From the NCBI GenBank assembly GCA_044866005.1, contig JBIOTN010000108.1:1-12594 (forward strand): a DNA stretch of 12,594 nt. Reading direction: 5' to 3'. The stretch's first letter is position 1, and each line of letters opens with the position of its first letter. Made by a program: the position numbers and the translations under genes. Under the pieces are notes generated by a model, which was not told the DNA's origin, ran no database searches, and saw nothing but the letters and a program-made list of their open reading frames with translations. The DNA is from Candidatus Rokuibacteriota bacterium. GTDB taxonomy: Bacteria; Methylomirabilota; Methylomirabilia; Rokubacteriales; DASRDR01. Positions 7,304 to 12,594 of the stretch are shown here, one piece after another.

Positions 7304-8596
7304 CTAATGCACCGGCAACGGCAGGCCCGGGACGGTCAGGTCCTGGTCCATGCAGGAGATCTTGCCTCGCGCGGTCCCGGCACCCCCGTTGATCTCGCCG
7401 GCGGCGCGAGGCGAGTTGTCGCGCCGGTCGCCGTCGGAGTTGGCGGTGCAGAGCCGCGCGCCGCCGAGGAAGGGGCTGGTCGGAAACTCGAGGATGCGCT
7501 GGTTCCCCGCGGCCGTGTCGGCCGAGTTCCGGAGCCCCGCCGCATTGACCGGAGTGCGGAAGATCTCCGCGACGCGGCCATCCTTCGTGACGACGAGGAC
7601 GGCGTTCCGTTCGTTGGCGGCCACCCAGACGTTCCCGGCACGGTCCAGCGCGATCCCGTCGGCCCCCTCCAGGTAGGGGTGCGCCACGAAGACGGTGTCC
7701 AGGCAGAGCGTGTTCGTGGTGAACGTCGTGTCGCAGCCCGTGGAGCTGGTGAGGGTGCCGTCGTGGTCGAGCTCCACCTTCCAGAGCGCGCCCCGGGCGG
7801 TGTCGGCGATGTAGAGGTCGCCTTCCTCGTTGAACGCGACCCCATTGGCGACCAGGGGCTGGGACCCCGCGGTGTTCTGGGCGTTCCGGCTCGTCGCCGT
7901 CACGGTGATCGCGCCGGGCGGCAGGGTCCGGACATCGCGGCCCACGCCGCCCACGCCCGCGACGAGATTGACCTCGTTGGCCATGGGCTGGACGCGGAAG
8001 GCCTCCTGGCACCCCTCGAAGGTCGTCTCGCACACCCCGCCCCCGGGACCGATCTTCCAGACGCGTCCCTGGCCCGTCGTGCCGTCCCCCGTCCAGAGAT
8101 TCCCGTCGCGGTCGAAGGCCAGGCCGTTCGTGCCCGGGACGCCCGAGGCGAAGGCGGTGGCCACGGGCATGGCGGCGCAGGACGGCGACGCGGAGTCGTC
8201 CGAGGCGCAGCCCACGGCGTCCGGGGCGAGCGTCCAGACGAAGCCGCTGACGCCGGCAATGGTCGCCGCGTCGGCGATGTACAGGCTGCCGGCGCGGTCG
8301 AAGGCGATGCCGGACGGGTTGCAGCCCGTCGAGTTCGGGATGAACCCCACGGTGACGCGGGCGCCCGTCGGACCGATTCGCCAGACCGGGCACTTCTTGG
8401 CGGTGTCGGGCTGCCGGCCCGTGGTGTAGAGGTTGCCCGCGGCGTCCCCGGTCAGACCCTCGATGGCGAAGGGGGTGATGCTCAGGGTCGTGAACGTGAC
8501 GCCGTGCGGGAACTGGGGCGGGTCCGCCCCCGCGGCGCCGACGGTCGCACCCACCATGGAGACACACACGAGCCCGATGATCCCGGCTGCCCGCAT
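7304..8596 (-). CDS. Secreted SMP-30/gluconolactonase/LRE-like beta-propeller protein, cysteine-rich
   Basis: Start reassigned to the ATG at 8594-8596 (strong GGGAGGAGAGG RBS; 430 aa). Signal peptide MRAAGIIGLVCVSMVGATVGAAGA. Blade repeats 'EGLTGDAAGNLY', 'PSGIAFDRAGSLYIAD', 'TNGLAFDRDGNLW', 'ANGVAFNEEGDLYIADT', 'ADGIALDRAGNVWVA'. Confidence 0.85.
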   Translation of the reverse strand: MRAAGIIGLVCVSMVGATVGAAGADPPQFPHGVTFTTLSITPFAIEGLTGDAAGNLYTTGRQPDTAKKCPVWRIGPTGARVTVGFIPNSTGCNPSGIAFDRAGSLYIADAATIAGVSGFVWTLAPDAVGCASDDSASPSCAAMPVATAFASGVPGTNGLAFDRDGNLWTGDGTTGQGRVWKIGPGGGVCETTFEGCQEAFRVQPMANEVNLVAGVGGVGRDVRTLPPGAITVTATSRNAQNTAGSQPLVANGVAFNEEGDLYIADTARGALWKVELDHDGTLTSSTGCDTTFTTNTLCLDTVFVAHPYLEGADGIALDRAGNVWVAANERNAVLVVTKDGRVAEIFRTPVNAAGLRNSADTAAGNQRILEFPTSPFLGGARLCTANSDGDRRDNSPRAAGEINGGAGTARGKISCMDQDLTVPGLPLPVH

Positions 8597-8634
8597 CCTC
8601 TCCTCCCTTCTCGCCTGAAGCCCGTCGGCCTCGG

Positions 8635-9573
8635 CTACCGGCCGGCCGAGACCTCGCGATAGATCTGCTCGGTGGTCGCCGGGATGGCGCGCTCCCGCGG
8701 CCACCGCGCGAACCCGCCGAGCTCCGCCCGGATGCCCTGCTTGATCTCGTCGAGCGACTTCCCCGCCTCCTTCATGGCCCGCACCTTCGTCCGCATCGTC
8801 TCGAAGTAGCGATCGAGCTCGAGCAGCGGCTTCGTCCCGTTGCCCGGCGCGAAGACCCCGTGGCCGGGGACGACGGTCTCGACGGGCCAGGTGGCGAGCT
8901 GCCGGAGGATGCGCTGCCAGTTCACCACGTCGGACCGATCGTCGGCCGTGGGATGCAGCTCGACGAACAGGAGGTCGTTGACGAAGAGGATCTTCTCCTT
9001 GCGCAGGTAGGCGATCGTGTTGTCCGGGGTGTGGGCCTTGCCCACGAAGTGGAGCTCGACCGTGTGACTGCCCAGCTCCAGCGTGATCTTGTCGTCGAAC
9101 GTGACCACGGGCAGGGCGAGGTCGACCGTCTTCCCCTCGACGTACTCGCGCTTCACCCGGCCGCGGGTGAGCTCCTCCGCCATGCGCTGCGGCCAGTAGG
9201 GCAGGAGCTGGCGGCGAAACTCGCTCGCCCCCACGACGAGGGCCCCTTGCTCGGCCAGGAGGTGGTTGCAGCCGGAATCGTCCCCGGCGTAGTGGCCGTT
9301 GGCGACGAACCGGATCGACTTGCCGCCGGCCACCTGCCAGATGGCCCGCAAGCGGCGGTCGAAATCGTCGAGGGAGCAGCTGTAGAGGAAGACGCCGCGG
9401 TCGCCCACGACGAAGCCCGTGTTGATGCCCTCGCCCGGGCCTTTGATCCCGTAGACCCCCTCGGCGAGCTTGATGGCGCCCTCCTGCGCCGACGCCGTCG
9501 GGCCGACCAGCGCGGCCAGGGCCGCCGCCACCAGGATCTGCCAGCGCGGTGATCGCTCCGATCGTGGCCTCAC
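8635..9573 (-). CDS. Secreted metallo-beta-lactamase-fold protein (cyclase/glyoxalase II-like) with non-canonical metal motif
   Basis: 312 aa, GTG start, GAGGAGG RBS, signal peptide ending 'ASA-Q'. MBL landmarks 'INTGFVVGDRGV', 'AHTPDN', 'LFVNDLL', 'VVPGHG'. The HxHxDH position reads 'HYAGDD'. Confidence 0.85.
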   Translation of the reverse strand: MRPRSERSPRWQILVAAALAALVGPTASAQEGAIKLAEGVYGIKGPGEGINTGFVVGDRGVFLYSCSLDDFDRRLRAIWQVAGGKSIRFVANGHYAGDDSGCNHLLAEQGALVVGASEFRRQLLPYWPQRMAEELTRGRVKREYVEGKTVDLALPVVTFDDKITLELGSHTVELHFVGKAHTPDNTIAYLRKEKILFVNDLLFVELHPTADDRSDVVNWQRILRQLATWPVETVVPGHGVFAPGNGTKPLLELDRYFETMRTKVRAMKEAGKSLDEIKQGIRAELGGFARWPRERAIPATTEQIYREVSAGR

Positions 9574-9586
9574 GGTGGCCTCCTCT

Positions 9587-10360
9587 TCAGGCGGGCGCGC
9601 TCTCGTCGGGCGCGCCGCCCTGCCGGTGCCGGTCGATGAGCCGGGCGCCGTCCGGCGCCGGCGCCCCGAGCCCCCACTTGGCGAGATGGTACGTCCAGAC
9701 TTTCGCCGAGAGCCGCACGCCGTCTCGACCCCAGGTGGCCTTGCGGACGCGCGTCAGCTCGTCGGCCGTGTACGGGCGCGGCTTCCCGAGGAGCGACGCG
9801 AAGAGCTGGTGCCGCGCGTTCTCCTCCAGGTAGAGGGAGGCGAGGAAGGCGGCCTGGACGCTCGGGCCGACCGTCACCGCGCCGTGGCCGCGGATGAGGA
9901 CCGCGCGGTGCGGCCCCAGGGCCCGGGCCAGCCGATCGCCCTGGGCGTCGGTCTTGACGAGGTCCGGGTCGTCCAGCACCGGCAGCGGCCCGTCGAAGAT
10001 CGCCCCGCTGACGTGCACGGGGACGATCGGGGTGTCGGCGATCCCGAAGTACGTGGAGAGCGGCGGGTGGACGTGGGCGATCGCCCTCACGTCCTCGCGC
10101 AGGCGGTAGATCGCCGTGTGGATCGGCGACTCCGACGGGGGCGCGAGCCTGGCGGGCCCGAGCGCCACGACGCGGCCGTCCGGCTCGAGCGTGACCATGT
10201 CCTCCGGCCGGACCCTCCAGCCGCCTCCGTACGGGCTGATGAGGATCCGCCCCGTGCCCGGGACCCGCGCGCTGACGTGGCCGTTGTAGGTGATGAGCCG
10301 TTCTCTCGAGTGGAGCTCGAGGGAGAGGGCCAGCTCTTCCCGGAGATCGGCGTCGCGCAT
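9587..10360 (-). CDS. Class II aldolase/adducin family protein
   Basis: Start reassigned to the ATG at 10358-10360 (MRDADLREELA..., 257 aa). Motifs 'GHVSAR', 'PPSESPIHTAIY', 'AHVHPP', 'LIRGHGAVTVG', 'LEENAR'. The metal His triad and Glu are present. Confidence 0.9.
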   Translation of the reverse strand: MRDADLREELALSLELHSRERLITYNGHVSARVPGTGRILISPYGGGWRVRPEDMVTLEPDGRVVALGPARLAPPSESPIHTAIYRLREDVRAIAHVHPPLSTYFGIADTPIVPVHVSGAIFDGPLPVLDDPDLVKTDAQGDRLARALGPHRAVLIRGHGAVTVGPSVQAAFLASLYLEENARHQLFASLLGKPRPYTADELTRVRKATWGRDGVRLSAKVWTYHLAKWGLGAPAPDGARLIDRHRQGGAPDESAPA

Positions 10361-10385
10361 GGTGGTCGCGGGGCCGCGATCGCCG

Positions 10386-11363
10386 CTATCGCAGGCGGAG
10401 CTCCCGCTGCGCCTGCTCGAGGAACCGCGGCTCCACGAGCTTCTCCAGCGCGAGCTCGCCGGTCGGCCGGCCATCCGGCGCGAGGAGCGCCCGGATGGCC
10501 GGGGCGCTCGGGCTCCCGTCCTTGCTGAAGGAGCCCAGCACGGCGTCGTAGCTCGCCTCGGCCAGGGCGCGATCGAGCTTGTACTCGCGCGCCACGGACT
10601 CGACCGTCTCGCTCCGGTGGCTCGTGACGTAGAGCAGGCCCTTGAGCGTGCCGCGCACCATGCGGAGCACCTGATCGGGGCGCTCCGCGAGCTTCCGGGT
10701 GGACGTGGAGAGGCCGAGCTGCGGGATCTCCAGGAGGTCGCGGCCCCAGGCCAGGCGCTTGAACCCCTTCGAGATGGCGATGACGTCCACGGGCGGGTCC
10801 AGCACCGCGCCGGCGGCGGTCCCGGCGCTCATGGTCTGGAGGCGGATCGTCTGCTCGCCGACCCCGAGGATCGTGATGTCGCGGTCGGGGTCGAGGCCGA
10901 AGGCGCGGGCCGCGGCGCGGGCGATCATGGCGGTGATGGAGCCGTGGGTGGAGACGGCGATGGCCTTGCCCTTGAGGTCGGCGCCCGAGCCGATCTCCGG
11001 CCGGACGATCAGGCTCAGGGTGGGCCGGGCGCCGATGGACATGAGCGTGCGGACGGGCAACCCCCTGGACGCCGCCCGCAACACGGTCTCGGCGTTCGAC
11101 GCATAGTCCGCCTCGCCCGACGTCAGGGCCGCGGGCGTCAGATCGCTCCGCAGGAGCATGAGCTCGACGTCGAGGCCCTCTTCGCGGTAGATGCCGACTT
11201 CCTTGGCCATGACGAACGGCCACATGAGCAGGTTCTTGGTGGGCATCGCCAGCCGCACCGGCTCGAGCGTCTGGGAGCACGCGGTCGCCGGCGCGGCCAG
11301 GATCAGGAGGCCGGCCAGCGCGCGGGCCAGTCGCGGCGCGAGCGCCACGGGCCGGCGCCTCAC
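10386..11363 (-). CDS. ABC transporter substrate-binding protein, SsuA/NMT1/THI5-like
   Basis: C-terminal part of the 10386..12557 ORF. Likely start is the GTG at 11361-11363 overlapping the VOC stop (GTGA; 325 aa); alternative GTG at 11346-11348. Signal 'RRRPVALAPRLARALAGLLILAAPATACSQ'. Motifs 'PFVMAKEVGIYREEGLDVEL', 'DLKGKAIAV', 'GLDPDRDITIL'. Confidence 0.88.
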   Translation of the reverse strand: MRRRPVALAPRLARALAGLLILAAPATACSQTLEPVRLAMPTKNLLMWPFVMAKEVGIYREEGLDVELMLLRSDLTPAALTSGEADYASNAETVLRAASRGLPVRTLMSIGARPTLSLIVRPEIGSGADLKGKAIAVSTHGSITAMIARAAARAFGLDPDRDITILGVGEQTIRLQTMSAGTAAGAVLDPPVDVIAISKGFKRLAWGRDLLEIPQLGLSTSTRKLAERPDQVLRMVRGTLKGLLYVTSHRSETVESVAREYKLDRALAEASYDAVLGSFSKDGSPSAPAIRALLAPDGRPTGELALEKLVEPRFLEQAQRELRLR

Positions 11364-11833
11364 TCCAGGCTGCCTTCCTCCCGCTGCCAGAGCTCTTTCG
11401 GCTTGGACTTGCCGTCCCACCCGATCTGCTCCAGGTCGCAGTAGATCTCGATCCGGTTCCCGTCCGGGTCGAAGAAGTCGATGTAGTGGTTCCCGCCCGG
11501 ATCGTGTTTTCCGTACCGGTGGATCTCGACCCCGCGCTCGCGGAGGAAGGCCAGGGCGCGGTTGAGACCCTCCCGATCGGCGACCTGGAAGGCCACGTGC
11601 TGGAGCTCGGTCTTGTCCTTCGGCCGCGCCTCGGCCCGCGCCTTGGACATCTCGCAGAGGAGCAGCGAGTGGTGATCGGTGCCGCAGCGCAGGAAGACGT
11701 ACTTGCCGCGGCCGCGCTCCGGCTCGAGGGCGTCGGAGACGGTGAACCCGAGGATCTCTTCGTAGAACTTGACGGAGCGGTCGATGTCCTTGACCCACAG
11801 CCCCACGTGCCCGAACTTCTCGACCTTGATCAC
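11360..11833 (-). CDS. VOC (glyoxalase/extradiol dioxygenase fold) protein A, single-module, His/His/Glu metal set intact
   Basis: 157 aa, GTG start with GGAGGTG RBS. Motifs 'FGHVGLWVKD', 'FLRCGTDHHSL', 'LQHVAFQV', 'GKHDPGGN', 'FFDPDGNRIE'. Confidence 0.9.
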   Translation of the reverse strand: MIKVEKFGHVGLWVKDIDRSVKFYEEILGFTVSDALEPERGRGKYVFLRCGTDHHSLLLCEMSKARAEARPKDKTELQHVAFQVADREGLNRALAFLRERGVEIHRYGKHDPGGNHYIDFFDPDGNRIEIYCDLEQIGWDGKSKPKELWQREEGSLE

Positions 11834-11860
11834 GGCGCCACCTCCATCTTCCCGGTTCGC

Positions 11861-12517
11861 TCAGTAGCCGAGGGATTCGCCGACCAGCACGACGGTGATC
11901 CGCTCGGGCACCGTCTCCTTCTCGATGATCAGGATCTTCCCGCACTGGCGCTGGGGCGGGACGCACTCGTAGTTGCGGCAGACGCCGTCGTCGGTGCACG
12001 GCGGCGTGCGGCCGACGCGGCGCGCCTCCTGGACGGCGGCCACGACCCGGATCCGATCGAGCGCGTCGGCGAGGGTGGGGACGATCTTGTTCACGCCGGA
12101 GACCATGATGACCTTCTTCCCGGCGTAGGCGTACCCGGCCACCCGGCTGCCGCTCGAGTCGATGTTGACGATCTCCCCGGTGGCGGCGATGGCGTTGACG
12201 CCGCCGAGGAAGTAGTCGGCGACCAGCGAGTGCCGGCGCCGCTCGTAGCGGAGGTCGGGATCGTCGATCGCCCGGACCTCCTCGCGCAGGTACCGGTAGG
12301 CCCCGCTCCGGAGCCGGTCCGTCACCCCGATCGCGTCGAGGGTGAGGGAGCTGCCCGCCATGACCGTCGCGCCGCGGGGGATCAACCCGAGCACCGTCTC
12401 GCAGGCACGGGCGCCCGTCTCGGCGAAGAGGAGCCGGATGCCGCGGCGCGCCAGCTCCGCCGTCAGCCGCGCCACCAGCGCGTGGGCCGCGGCCGGCGGC
12501 GCGGACCCTGATCTCAT
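11861..12517 (-). CDS. LUD-domain (lactate utilisation domain, YkgG/DUF1121-like) protein with C-terminal four-cysteine motif
   Basis: 218 aa. Motifs 'GSSLTLDAIG', 'ADYFLGGVNAIAATGEIVNIDSSGSRVA', 'GVNKIVPTL', 'PCTDDGVCRNYECVPPQRQC', 'RITVVLVGESLGY'. Confidence 0.85.
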   Translation of the reverse strand: MRSGSAPPAAAHALVARLTAELARRGIRLLFAETGARACETVLGLIPRGATVMAGSSLTLDAIGVTDRLRSGAYRYLREEVRAIDDPDLRYERRRHSLVADYFLGGVNAIAATGEIVNIDSSGSRVAGYAYAGKKVIMVSGVNKIVPTLADALDRIRVVAAVQEARRVGRTPPCTDDGVCRNYECVPPQRQCGKILIIEKETVPERITVVLVGESLGY

Positions 12518-12594
12518 ACGGATATTGCTCGACCTCCAGCGCTTGAAGAGATGGCACTTCTCCCCGAGGGTCGCCCCAACCTTGAAGCTTCGTG

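Noticed and set aside
8635..9573. Antibiotic-resistance metallo-beta-lactamase
   Set aside because: The metal motif matches none of the B1/B2/B3 patterns, and there is no mobile-element context.
7304..10474. Longer starts at 8704 (propeller) and 10474 (aldolase)
   Set aside because: Both would overlap upstream genes. The starts at 8596 (strong RBS, signal peptide) and 10360 (family N-terminus) fit better.
1054..11280. Alternative-frame minus-strand ORFs (1054..2517, 1844..2422, 5870..6739, 6770..7207, 7287..8567, 10087..11280) as overlapping genes
   Set aside because: Low-complexity Arg/Pro/Gly translations nested in well-supported genes, with no motifs.
92..12511. Long plus-strand ORFs (e.g. 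92..1228, 993..3014, 2954..3838, 4442..5698, 7220..8662, 10290..11444, 11486..12511)
   Set aside because: They mirror real minus-strand genes, are Arg/Gly/Pro-rich or typical antisense translations, and carry no family motifs. Such ORFs are expected from high GC3.
10386..12557. 723-aa ORF as a large fusion protein
   Set aside because: Its first ~398 codons are an off-frame reading of the LUD and VOC-A genes. Only the part from the GTG at 11363 encodes the SBP, which has its own signal peptide.
12551..12594. Sigma-54 promoter (TGGCAC at 12552) or start of a divergent plus-strand gene (ATG at 12551)
   Set aside because: There is no TTGC -12 element at the required spacing, and only 14 codons are visible with a weak RBS.

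Overview
Very GC-rich (roughly 70% by eye) bacterial window. It holds 13 complete genes plus one partial gene, all on the minus strand and tightly packed (gaps mostly 11-38 nt, one 4-nt overlap), so it looks like a single long operon. Transcription order: LUD-domain protein, VOC/glyoxalase-fold protein A, SsuA/NMT1-type solute-binding protein (SBP), class II aldolase, secreted MBL-fold protein with a degenerate metal motif, secreted Cys-rich SMP-30/gluconolactonase-like beta-propeller, VOC protein B (paralog of A with altered active-site residues), two more SBPs (one Tat-type), FAH-family hydrolase, dienelactone hydrolase, ThDP-dependent enzyme, a fourth SBP, and the start of a probable membrane protein. 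The window has no ABC permease, ATPase or regulator. The only two large intergenic gaps carry the same ~25-bp palindrome. My reading (inference) is an uncharacterised scavenging/catabolic locus; the gene style suggests a Rokubacteria-like soil bacterium. I saw no rRNA, tRNA, CRISPR array or transposase. The long plus-strand ORFs are antisense shadows.
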